Part shown: positions 9,573 through 19,519 of the stretch, piece after piece | How positions within the stretch are numbered: the first letter of the stretch is position 1 | Layout of the letters: each line of letters opens with the position of its first letter | Source: TPA_inf: Saccharomyces | Taxonomy: Eukaryota | Length of the DNA stretch: 64,000 nt | NCBI GenBank assembly: GCA_000146045.2 | Contig: BK006937.2 | Coordinates: 160,001 to 224,000, forward strand | Reading direction: 5' to 3' | Made by a program: the position numbers and the translations under genes | The notes under the pieces: generated by a model | Databases searched by the model: none | The model's input: only the letters and a program-made list of their open reading frames with translations | Told to the model about the DNA's origin: nothing

Positions 9573-9888
9573 TGTTGGAATAAAACTCTAAAATACCATC
9601 CATTCAGAAGTATTCATGCTACTAGCATTTTATCACATGAGGTGTAAGAAGATGACATAAAGATTGAGATACAGTCATCAAACCTAATGGAAGCGAAATG
9701 CAGGGATTGATAATGTAATAAGATAATGAAACATAAGAAACAGAAGGTAGGAGTATTATTATGTAGAAATACCGATTCCATTTTAAGGATTCCTATGTCC
9801 TCGAGTAGAACGTCTAGTATATACGAAATATTATACCCTTTAAAAAACAGTGGACCCAACGATAATCACAACATTCACCGATTTCTCA
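9573..9888 (+). mobile_element. Diverged (older) solo delta-like LTR, 316 bp. It lies in direct tandem with the previous delta, separated by 28 bp.
   Basis: Starts TGTTGGAATAAAACTC and ends CGATTTCTCA. It has recognisable but diverged delta core blocks (GATTGATAATGTAATAAGATAATGAAACATA and TCCTCGAGTAGAACGTCTAGTATATAC). Confidence 0.7.
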
Positions 9889-10885
9889 CCTGAACAGATC
9901 ACGATCATCCTTCAGAACATCTTGCTGTAGCCATATTAAATTCCTTTGTCTCTGGACTCTTTCTCGCGCGACTGATCTCCCAATGAAGAACTGCGTCAGG
10001 TCATCTCGTCCTCAATTTCTAACCAAAATTGGATGATTTTAGTTCTCACTGACGCTGCTTGAACGTTAACACCGAAAGAGCATGCAATAATCACAGCACG
10101 GTAAACCAACTTGTGTCATATTTAAGAGAAATATTAAAACGCTAAGAAGATAGCTCCCATAATAGAAGTACAAGTTATATTTATCGTTGTCCAACTGCAG
10201 AAGTTAAATAAAGGTAAATAAATCGAGCTAAGAGAAAAAAAAAGTATAGGCAAAATTCCGACCGGAGCTAGCTTTATCTTGCTCCTCCACCTAAGTCACC
10301 TGCTCAGGTCACTCAAGTTCACAATCTTCTGAGAGGATAGATAAAGGAAAAATTGGAACAGATCTTTTCATGGCCTGGCAATTGTCTGTGGATTGGTAAA
10401 GCTCTGTCAGTGAAAAAAAAAGTTCTCGCTCCTTCTTGGTCTCTTCTATTGCCTGAGATTCTAATGCTTTCCTTACATTGTTTCATAAAATAACCAATTT
10501 TTCGTGTCACAATAATCTTGAAATTTGAAGTTTCTAAAATGCATCAGACATGGTGTCGTAATTAGTTGACTTACTTTAACTTCTACCAAGAAGTAGAAAA
10601 TAGCAGAGTGCGTGAACGCATAGCAGAGAACAAAATACTTACTAAACCTTTTCGAATAAGTTAGCAAGAAGCTTTTAAAAACATAGACTTAGAAATTGTC
10701 CTGCACTTGGCAAGGAAGAAAAGAAAGATTAGTTAAACAGAAATCGAAAAATGCATGATGAAAAACTAAGTAGACCTCTTTAGAAGTGTCTTAGCGGCTA
10801 TTGTTCATGATACTTTTGAAAAGAGCCCTGAGATTTTCCATTACCATCAACAGGACCAATGAATAGCTAAAAGAATCGAATGTAT

Positions 10886-12424
10886 CTATCGGAAAGGATT
10901 TGAAATTTCGGCCATTTCCTCATTATGAAGTTCAACTTCCATACTCTCGTCGTCGCCATCATTTTCATTATCCTGGTTGTCGTCATCGTCATCTTCTCCG
11001 GGCATGTCATTAGCATCTATATAAGGAACCTGTTTCTTAGACAAATTCTCTTTTATCTGTAGTGAGCGTATGACGACCGAGACAATTCCGCTTGATATTG
11101 CCGTAGCCAAGAGGGCGTAGCAACCTCTCTCAAACTTGGGCACCATATCTGAAGCAAAGAATAATATAGACCACCATGCGTTAACGGCCCCTGAAAACAT
11201 ATTCATGGAAGCAAGAACGATAGCACGTTCTTGAAGATCTGCATGACAAATAATGTTTGCCCACGAAAAAAAAACCGCTTGTCCAGCGTATGCTACGCCT
11301 CCAAGATACTGTGCAGAAAAGACGACTTTTGGATTTAGTGGGTCTGCACGTATTAGTACCGCAACAATAACCATTACCAATGATATGAAAACAGAAACAT
11401 GCCAATGCCTAGCTCTTGGGATCTTACTCATATATACAGCAGAACAAAGCGTAGAAACTATACCTACGGCAAATATCCCCGAAGGATAATTATTTCTTTG
11501 CGCCAACGTATATTTTTGGTTTTGTAACCATAATGCAAATGTAGAATTAGATGCGAAACCCAAGTTCTCACCTCCCAGAACCCAAACAAGAGAGAACATC
11601 CACCAGTGCCACCTTTTTAAGACTCTAGGAATAGTCGACCAGTCTAACCGGGTGCTTTCGTCCCTAGCGGGGAGCCTTCTCCTAGCATAATGTAGCTCTT
11701 GTTCATTAAAAATGTATCTCGTCATAGAAAATTTGCTAACAGCACTTGTTTGATCAGGAAGGCCGGGGAAGAAAATAAACCCATAAATTGCAATGGGTAA
11801 TGTGATACAAAAATCAATAATGAATAACCATCTCCAACCCGCCAAGCCATTCCGCCCATTCAAATGAGTAAAGATACTTGTTTGCATAAATCCACTGAAC
11901 ATAGATCCCACCAAACCGCTACCTGTAAAAATAGCACTTCTAATGGGCAATTCGTCTTCTTTATACCACGAACCCAAAACAAAATGTGTTCCTGAAAATG
12001 TGCAACTCTCAAATAAGGCTTGAAAGAATCTAATTGCGCAAATATGTTTGAACGATGTAACTTTGTACATTCCCAAGGTCAATAAACCCCAAGCAAACGT
12101 ACAAAAACTTAGCCATATCCTGGGCGGAACACACAATAACATTAAATTATTGGGGACCATACCTACAATGTAACCAATCATGAAAACTGTGTTAGACACG
12201 GTCAAATCGTTTCCGACCATCTTAAGATCTTCCTTCATACCGGATATATATGCATTGGTGAAACCGACACGGTCGACATAATTAATCCAGTATTGCAAGC
12301 AAACAAATGATAGCACAAACAAGTCTATTTTAAACAGAAGTAATCTCTTTTTAATGGCACGCTTGGAAGAAACAGATTCTCTCTCAACCTCATGTTGAGT
12401 GATAGATTTCGATTCCTTCATCAT
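10886..12424 (-). CDS. FEN2: Plasma-membrane H+-pantothenate symporter of the MFS Dal5/allantoate permease family, 512 aa
   Basis: 512-aa ORF with 12 predicted TM segments, MFS signatures and an acidic C-terminal tail (DDDDDNQDNENDGDD). Matches YCR028C. Confidence 0.92.
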   Translation of the reverse strand: MMKESKSITQHEVERESVSSKRAIKKRLLLFKIDLFVLSFVCLQYWINYVDRVGFTNAYISGMKEDLKMVGNDLTVSNTVFMIGYIVGMVPNNLMLLCVPPRIWLSFCTFAWGLLTLGMYKVTSFKHICAIRFFQALFESCTFSGTHFVLGSWYKEDELPIRSAIFTGSGLVGSMFSGFMQTSIFTHLNGRNGLAGWRWLFIIDFCITLPIAIYGFIFFPGLPDQTSAVSKFSMTRYIFNEQELHYARRRLPARDESTRLDWSTIPRVLKRWHWWMFSLVWVLGGENLGFASNSTFALWLQNQKYTLAQRNNYPSGIFAVGIVSTLCSAVYMSKIPRARHWHVSVFISLVMVIVAVLIRADPLNPKVVFSAQYLGGVAYAGQAVFFSWANIICHADLQERAIVLASMNMFSGAVNAWWSILFFASDMVPKFERGCYALLATAISSGIVSVVIRSLQIKENLSKKQVPYIDANDMPGEDDDDDNQDNENDGDDESMEVELHNEEMAEISNPFR

Positions 12425-12949
12425 GACTTAGGCCCAGGCTCTCTCCAATCAAAAATTCTGAAAACAGCTTCTCAATCTTGAATAAATCGGAATACTTTTA
12501 TATCAGAATTACAGGTCCGCCTCATTTCTCTTAAGAGCCGATGTCTTCCTTTACAATATACGCATGTAGAAGATTTGATCGATGCTGAGTTCTTGTAATT
12601 CGTCAAAAATGCCTTTCAAGATCGACTACTCAAAATCTACAATAATCGGACTGCATGGATCAATGGAGGTGTAGGCAATTTTGTAACAATGAAGGATATG
12701 TTAAATTCGCTAAAGCTTCCTCCTCTTTTGCTAAATTTCATCATCAAAAAGCATTTTGCATAACACACGTTAACCAATATATTATAGTATATATACATTC
12801 TATTTGAGAATAAGCATAGTTTTACATAACTAGTTCGTTATTCCAAATGTATTTTTCCTATTTGCCATAAATATTTTAAGTAAAAGAAAGCATGCTCTAG
12901 ATAAAAAATATCGAGGAAGAGTCGAAATAAGCAAGCGTAAATATTACAA

Positions 12950-13440
12950 TTATTCTGAAGAAGCAGCATTTTCTTGGCCCTCAGCATCTTCTAATTTCTT
13001 CCCATTCTTCAATAAATTAATGTCCTTTTGAACTAAGCTCAAAGTAGTACCCTTAGAACCGTCGTCTCTCTCGAAGACATAGTTAGCAGCATCTGCTTCA
13101 ACATATACCAAAGCGCTGAATAAATTATGGAAAGGAAATGTTAGTAAATTATAACGCGTAATTGTAAAGTAAGTAAAATTGAAGAATAAATAACATACCC
13201 TTTTCTAACATATTCTGTCAAAAAATTGATTTGAGGTTCATTGAAAACGGTGATATTATACCAATTGGTTTGGCCATCTCTTCTTGGTTGCGAAGCGATA
13301 CTATATTTCAAATAACGATTGTTATTAGCAGAAGTATGTTCAGTGAATTCAGAGCCAATGCGGCCGACGATGGACATTTTCGAGAAGTCCATCTTCTTGG
13401 TAGTAGCATGGAAGAAACGAGCTTGAGTACGTAAAAACAT
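12950..13440 (-). CDS. RIM1: Mitochondrial single-stranded DNA-binding protein, 135 aa. It is spliced: exon 1 at 13199-13440, an 83-nt intron at 13116-13198, and exon 2 at 12950-13115.
   Basis: Exon 1 encodes MFLRTQARFFHATTKKMDFSKMSIVGRIGSEF...EYVRKG. A GTATGT 5' splice site follows directly after the K-G(G) codons, with a TACTAAC branch point and a TTCAG 3' splice site upstream of CGCTTTGGTATATGTTGAAGC. Exon 2 encodes (G)ALVYVEADAANYVFERDDGSKGTTLSLVQKDINLLKNGKKLEDAEGQENAASSE and then a stop. The spliced length of 408 nt gives 135 aa. The protein has an SSB/OB-fold. Confidence 0.9.
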
Positions 13441-13825
13441 TACAATGGATTAGTGGATTTTTGTTTGTTTTGTATTTGTCAAGGACACACAATTAGCAAA
13501 TGACTTGTTATCAAATTCGTGGTATTTGTCTTTCTCAACTACTGTGTTAGCTTTTTTTTTTTCGTCTGGGCGCAAACGCCTTTTAAGCACTCCTCCACAA
13601 ATAATAAGTATTAGATGAAAAGTCCTAAAAGTCCGAAAAATGGAATAGAAAAGAACGAAAATACAGAATCTTTACAGAACATTATAGTACATAAGTGTAG
13701 TTCTACGTAAGTCTTAAACAAAGGTTTCAAAAGGAAAATATGATTTAGCGGCGCCACCTCCATAAATTATGGATTAGCAAACAAAAGAACAATTAATATT
13801 GAAAAATAGAAGCATAGCAGAAATA

Positions 13826-16438
13826 TCAAGCGAGACCATGGTAGTTACCAGTGGTCAAAGTTCTTTTTGTGTTTACATCGAGCCACTCACCACCAAATGG
13901 ATTGTTTTCATCCAGCTCCTGACAAGTCAAGGTGATTCCACTGCCGGCTCCGCTATGGGGTAGAGCCACGTTATCCGTCTCACTGATAGTGAATTTGGTA
14001 ATCACGCCTTTAGCGGATTCATGTGCCAGGCCGTCTGTAATAAATCTGGCGATTAATCTTTGACCTTCACCATTTCTTGTCAAAACAACTGGTTCTTTAA
14101 ATCTCCACGTTATTCTCTTCTTTTCTTTACTGAAGGAGCCCTGAGGTTTTGATAAAGCGCTTGTTGCATTAGCACCATCGATATTCACAAAGACAACGAG
14201 GTCTTCTATTACGATTTGTGATATTTCATCGGGTAAGCTTGGTGACATCTTGACAGTCAATACAACACTTGCCTGGTGAGATTCAAATCTCCAGACCGGA
14301 TGAATAACAATAGGCGCGATCGGCTCCTTTATGGAATATTTAATAGCTCCTAAGGTTCTAGAATCGATAAATGAAGGGTTAACTTTGAATTCTTCTGGAG
14401 CAACACGCTCAATAAAGGCTTGGTTCAGAATGACCTTTTCGAACTTAGCGCCATTATTGATTCTCAAATTAATACCGATAGGTAAAGGCGAATTCATGAC
14501 AGAATTGGGTAAATAGTTGAGGGCAATTTCCCCAATCAGTTGGGAGTTCTGCAACATACCGTCTTTGAAAGAAGCATTGAGCACTTCTGCGATACTAGCA
14601 TTCAACCCAAATTGAGATGTATCTAAAGAGGAGTGCTGAAACAACGATTGACCAACTAAAGATGTTGAAGAGCCCGTGGCTTGAGGATTTAGTTCTCTTA
14701 GCTCGCCAGTAATCTGAGAGGAGAGTGTGGAAACTGGACGTTCCTGGGGAATAGAGGACAAGGAAGAAGAAGTAGGGGTAGCGCCTGAGCCGTGATTAGG
14801 CAAAGAGTCATAGAGTTGAGAATCCCTGTTATGAATGAAATTTTGTTTCCTTGAGGGTGGTAAAGCAGGTGCGCGGATATGCAAGGGCCTTGAATCAACT
14901 TGACCTGAAGGTTGGTTATCAACCGTAGCAGTAGGAAGTGAAATACTGGGAGAGGCAGGCTCAACTGGTAATGGTTTTGTTTTTGATTGTGGCTGAAGTG
15001 GAGGTTGAGAAATTGATATCGGTACTGTCTTGGGTAAGTTACTTGAGTCTGGTTCTTTCGCAGTGGGTGGAGAACTTTGTTGTGGCGTTGAAGGAGGCAC
15101 TTCAGAAGGAGTAAAAGTTTGCGCAGGTGGTGTATCGGCAGTAACAGGTGCATCTACGTTTTTAGGAGTAGCATGGGGAGGAAGAGGAGGAGTGTCACTA
15201 GCTTCACCCGGGGTCCAATTGTTTGATTTTGATGATGAATAGGTGGGTCGACGTTGCTTCTGATAAATAGAAGAAGTTGCAGTTGAAGACACTCTGGTGG
15301 AAGAATTATTCGGAGTCTCAGTGATGGATGCCTGAATATGAGAGTTTGATGATGATTGTTGTTGTCTCTTGTTCTTGGTCTTATTTCTACCGAAAATTGA
15401 GCCCACTTTAGATCTTAGGGTGTGGGACGACTTTTTTGATTTCAAGGAAGAATTATTAGTAGAGTCTGAAAATTCGTTATTCATGAGATCATTATGAGTG
15501 AGACTGGAAGATGCAGAGGCAAGACGATGTCCAATGTTTCCAAATGCACTCTTACGCTTATCCTTTTGTGGGGATTTCTTTTCTCTTTCCGTATTAGCGG
15601 CACCATTGGATACAGAGACCGGGCGGGCACCAGTGGCAGAAGCTGGCGAAGCATTATTAGGAACTACTTCTTTGGAAGAAGAGGATAGTTGGAAGTTGTA
15701 TTGACTGGCATCTTTGGCAAAACGATCAATTTCACTTTGCGGTTCGAATGCCAGGAATTTCGTCATCACCGTTTCGCATTCTTTGGTAGTATTTAGTAAA
15801 TAATCGCTAAAACTGGTTTGAAATCTAAGCATACAGTTTTTTAAAGTGTCCAAACGGTTATAGTCAATAGTCTCGAACAGCTCAAACAAATAGGGGCTTT
15901 GCTGGTCCCATTGCCTTCTTGCCTCTTCTAAGTGACTAGAGTTTTCGTTATTCTTACTATAGTGCTCAATTGAAGCTGCATTTTTACTAAGCTTGGAATG
16001 TAAGTCCTTGCTTTCTCTCCAGCTAGTATTGTTCTCCACGGATTCCTTCAATTCACGAACGACTTGCTGGTCCAAAGTGTTGTAGTATTCTGTACTTGAC
16101 TTCAAATCTGATTTTAGTTCTTCAATTACAGTATCCCATACATTTCTTAGCTCTCCCAGCGAGTTGAATCTGAATGCACTCATTTCCTGCGGAGTCAAAA
16201 CATTACTTTCAATCATTTGAGCGTTTAAGATCTTTGTTATATCTTCATTTTCAGCTATTATTTTTCTCAATTGCTGAGCATAGTTCCTCTTCAGATTTGC
16301 CAATTCCTTAAATAACAGGTAAAAGTCTTTATTCAACAATTTGACCTGCGATAACCTGATTCTAATAGTTTCGGTAGCCTCGTAAGGACTCTTAGTAGTC
16401 AATATGCTATCTGCATATTTGGTTCTTTGTTCCGTCAT
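13826..16438 (-). CDS. SYP1: F-BAR (FCHo-like) endocytic adaptor and septin regulator, 870 aa, with a C-terminal mu-homology domain
   Basis: 870-aa ORF with an N-terminal coiled-coil/F-BAR region, a long Ser/Pro/Thr-rich low-complexity linker and a C-terminal muHD. Matches YCR030C. Confidence 0.9.
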   Translation of the reverse strand: MTEQRTKYADSILTTKSPYEATETIRIRLSQVKLLNKDFYLLFKELANLKRNYAQQLRKIIAENEDITKILNAQMIESNVLTPQEMSAFRFNSLGELRNVWDTVIEELKSDLKSSTEYYNTLDQQVVRELKESVENNTSWRESKDLHSKLSKNAASIEHYSKNNENSSHLEEARRQWDQQSPYLFELFETIDYNRLDTLKNCMLRFQTSFSDYLLNTTKECETVMTKFLAFEPQSEIDRFAKDASQYNFQLSSSSKEVVPNNASPASATGARPVSVSNGAANTEREKKSPQKDKRKSAFGNIGHRLASASSSLTHNDLMNNEFSDSTNNSSLKSKKSSHTLRSKVGSIFGRNKTKNKRQQQSSSNSHIQASITETPNNSSTRVSSTATSSIYQKQRRPTYSSSKSNNWTPGEASDTPPLPPHATPKNVDAPVTADTPPAQTFTPSEVPPSTPQQSSPPTAKEPDSSNLPKTVPISISQPPLQPQSKTKPLPVEPASPSISLPTATVDNQPSGQVDSRPLHIRAPALPPSRKQNFIHNRDSQLYDSLPNHGSGATPTSSSLSSIPQERPVSTLSSQITGELRELNPQATGSSTSLVGQSLFQHSSLDTSQFGLNASIAEVLNASFKDGMLQNSQLIGEIALNYLPNSVMNSPLPIGINLRINNGAKFEKVILNQAFIERVAPEEFKVNPSFIDSRTLGAIKYSIKEPIAPIVIHPVWRFESHQASVVLTVKMSPSLPDEISQIVIEDLVVFVNIDGANATSALSKPQGSFSKEKKRITWRFKEPVVLTRNGEGQRLIARFITDGLAHESAKGVITKFTISETDNVALPHSGAGSGITLTCQELDENNPFGGEWLDVNTKRTLTTGNYHGLA

Positions 16439-17174
16439 GAGAGGTGATTATTCGCAATTTTCAAATAAGCTTGCTTCAATACGACTACAGCAAAAGTAAT
16501 TCCTTTATTAAGGCAATAACTACGAGACCTTTTCTTTGTATTTCGTGAAAACTTGAATGCAATATAGAGTTTTTCAATCTGCAAGTACTTAAGGGGCCCT
16601 TTTAGCTACACATAATATAGAAATGAAAGATCACGGGCTACGAAAAGCCATTCATAATCATATACAAATATCACCTGTAATATATAAGAATATATGAGCT
16701 ATTGATTTTCTTCTACCGCCTGATTTAGTTGTTTTCACTCTTCAAAACTAAATTCAGTATTAGCGACAGTGGAGGTGCTAGTACTCTGTAAATGAAAGTA
16801 AACGCTGGTATTCATGTAGAGCACCAACCTGACTGTGAATGCGTAAGCTGAAACATGATAGCCGCCTGTAAAATATTGTTATCAATAAGTAGACCGGCTT
16901 ACACGAATAGGATTCGCTTTATTCTTTACTCCCCACTCAACCCTAAGCAATGTTCAAAATAGTGTGAGATTATTTTATGCGCGCCTCCTTCAAAAAAAAA
17001 TTTACATATATAACATAGGTGGAAAAACTTCCCTCCGATGTCTAATAAGTTAATCAATAGAATGAAATGGACACGAAAAGGCGTAGACATGGAAGATGAC
17101 AATGACGAGAACGTCATTTTTTTTTCCACGTATTTTAAAAAGGGGTAGCCTGCTTCACCAGATGTTCTTGTCAA

Positions 17175-17290
17175 CAAAATTCTAAAATGATGATTTTTTT
17201 AAACACAATTTATGCTAGATAGTATCTGAAAGCATTCAAACTTTATGATTACAGTGTTTTCGACAGTTTTAAATCTCTGAACCGATTTTG
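17175..17290 (+). ncRNA. SNR65: Box C/D snoRNA candidate (rRNA 2'-O-methylation guide). The ends are approximate.
   Basis: C box AUGAUGA at 17187-17193, a D' box CUGA at 17226-17229, a C'-like UGAUUA at 17246-17251, and a D box CUGA at 17277-17280. A terminal stem is formed by CAAAAU (17175-17180) and AUUUUG (17285-17290). The snR65 name is from memory of a chrIII C/D snoRNA between SYP1 and RPS14A and is not verified. Confidence 0.5.
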
Positions 17291-17499
17291 TAACTCTTGG
17301 TAATTGTGTCCTTACATTTCCGTAATGACGTTAATCAAATCGCAATCTTGAATCTTCTTAACTAAAAGGTTATAAGGGCTTTTTTTTATTACTAAATTGA
17401 CGTATGAGCTGATTTGATTATGGGCGCTATATAATTATATGTACACATTTTTTAACTGTAAAAAATAATACGGCAATACAAGTACAATACATGCATAAC

Positions 17500-18220
17500 T
17501 CATAATCTTCTACCTCTTCTACCACCCTTCTTTCTGGTGGAGTCAGATGGAACTGGGGTAACATCTTCGATACGGCCAATTCTCAAACCAGATCTGGCCA
17601 AAGCTCTCAAAGCAGCTTGACCACCTGGACCTGGAGTCTTGGTTCTAGTACCACCGGTAGCTCTGATCTTAACGTGAACGGCAGTGATACCGACTTCCTT
17701 ACACTTAGCGGCAACATCTTGGGCAGCCAACATAGCAGCGTATGGAGAAGATTCATCTCTGTCAGCCTTAACCTTCATACCACCAGTAACTCTGGCGATG
17801 GTTTCCTTACCAGATAAATCGGTAACATGAACGAAAGTATCGTTGAAAGAAGCGTAAATTCTAGCAACACCAAAAACTTGGGAATTGTCACGAGCTTGAA
17901 CAACGTCTAAATGGAAATAGTAAATCGATATCGGACGATATCAAACGTAATGTTGTTAGTATCCAAAAGTTTTTTTTTTTAATTCTTACATAGTATCTTT
18001 GCTTTTCCATCGAAAAAAAAGTTGACAAAATATACTGCCATTGACACAATAGGCTCAACTAATCGCTATGAATTACTTTGGAGGCAATGAATTCGTTGAA
18101 TTGTCTTTATGTTTCTGACTTTCAATGTATCTTGCACGTCGTCAGAAACATTCAACAACAATCAATGGAAAATAGAGATGCTTTAAAAATGTTCACTATG
18201 TGATTAAACATACTAGACAT
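17500..18220 (-). CDS. RPS14A: Ribosomal protein S14 (uS11), 137 aa. It is spliced: exon 1 at 18214-18220 (ATGTCTA, 7 nt), a 307-nt intron at 17907-18213, and exon 2 at 17500-17906.
   Basis: Exon 2 ORF is ...[92 protein letters not shown]. Upstream on the same strand there is a CCATTTAG 3' splice site followed by ACGTTGTTCAAGCTCGTGACAATTCCCAAG. A TACTAAC branch point (GGATACTAACAAC) is present, and ATGTCTA followed by GTATGT lies at 18208-18220. The joined sequence gives [48 protein letters not shown]... and is 414 nt in total. Confidence 0.92.
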
Positions 18221-19519
18221 GGCGGGTTCTTGTGGTTTCTTACTCTCCTTGGGTTTAAAATAGAATCTTCATTAAAAAGTGCTTTCTGTAATATATAGTG
18301 ATTAATAACCAATTCATTTCAACTGTCTACCTGAGGAAGCCCTGCACCATATGGAATGAGCCAGGAGGCGGGATGGTCTGCCGCAAGCAGACAAATTTGC
18401 CAAAATGCAGTAGAGAATGGCAATGCTCGTGCTGAAGGTGAAAAAAAGAACGCAAAAAAAAAGAGTAGTAAAATGTACAGATGTTTATTAAGTCCGTACA
18501 CCGCACGTAAGTACTCCAAAGCAGTCTCTATTACATTTTAAATAGGGAGAAAGAAGATACATAACAAGTATGAACAAGAACGATAATCAGTGAGTAACAA
18601 GAATAGAGATGTCAGGCCCGTGTGAAGTACTTGAAAGTAATAAGTGAGTATATAGAATATACCAGAACTTGTAAGCTTTCGAATAACAAAAAGAGCCATT
18701 TGTACTTATTCTCGAACTCGGTTGTAGAGAGGACGTTGCCTTGAAAGTCACAAATCCCCTACAATAATACCGGTCCTTGGAATGTAAATTATTTTGTTAA
18801 TTTTCTTATAAGTTCACAGTTGAAAAAACAACGGTCACAGTGAATCAATAAAAGAAGGATCTCACTTTATAAAGAAAAGAACAGGAAAAAAAAATGTATA
18901 TCTGGGTATATTACCCGGCCCTTGATAATATTTTTCAATAATTTTGCCAGGTAACAATGTGATTCATGCATGGCTTAAAGAAAATACATTGCTGAAGCAA
19001 AAGCTCACCAAAAATTTGCGTTGCAAAGCTTTGTTTGCGGTATGTTAATAAAGTTACCATGAAGCTTTTTTACTGCTCTCAGACCATAAAGACAGGAAGC
19101 AACTTGTCATATCTATTTCGACTTCAGCGGTTATTTTCTTCAGCCCATTGATAAGGCGATATATGCCTAGAAGAAAGGAAGAGTGCAGACTTGATAATAA
19201 AGCAAGACCAAGAGCAACTAAATAGACTAAAATATAGAGCCTTCCAAACTGTTAGTTATTATTACTTAATACTCGTACGGGTGATGAAGGTAGTGACTTT
19301 GTAATCCGGGTAATGGGGAAAATAAGAAGCCTTCAAAGCTATAGCATTTGTCCCTACTGCATCGGCCCCTTTCCAGTACAATAGAATCTCGTTGATGTGA
19401 TTACTGATTCAACTGACCCAAATAAATCATTTGAAGAACTCATAAAAGGACTATAGCAGCAAGAACTGCAAGCCAATTGGTTCTTTCTCCTTTCTGCCAA
19501 AAAAAAACACAATACGGAT

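Noticed and set aside
8389-9888. Possibility that the repeated LTR blocks represent a CRISPR-like or satellite array
   Set aside because: This is a eukaryotic nuclear sequence. The units are 316-340 bp and are recognisable Ty LTRs with TG...CA termini and a target-site duplication. They are not short spacer-repeat units.
10319-10667. Two overlapping ~63-aa ORFs upstream of FEN2
   Set aside because: They are in promoter DNA with no conservation signal or domain. They are more likely the FEN2 5' UTR and promoter.
14698-15242. 151-aa and 70-aa ORFs overlapping SYP1 on both strands
   Set aside because: They fall in the Ser/Pro/Thr-rich low-complexity linker of SYP1. They are Gly- or Leu-rich reverse or alternative frames and are not independent genes.
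18460-18520. Rap1-binding sites in the RPS14A promoter as a firm feature
   Set aside because: The best candidates match only about 11 of 14 positions of ACACCCATACATTT. That is too weak to annotate without a PWM score or ChIP, so it is kept only as a finding.
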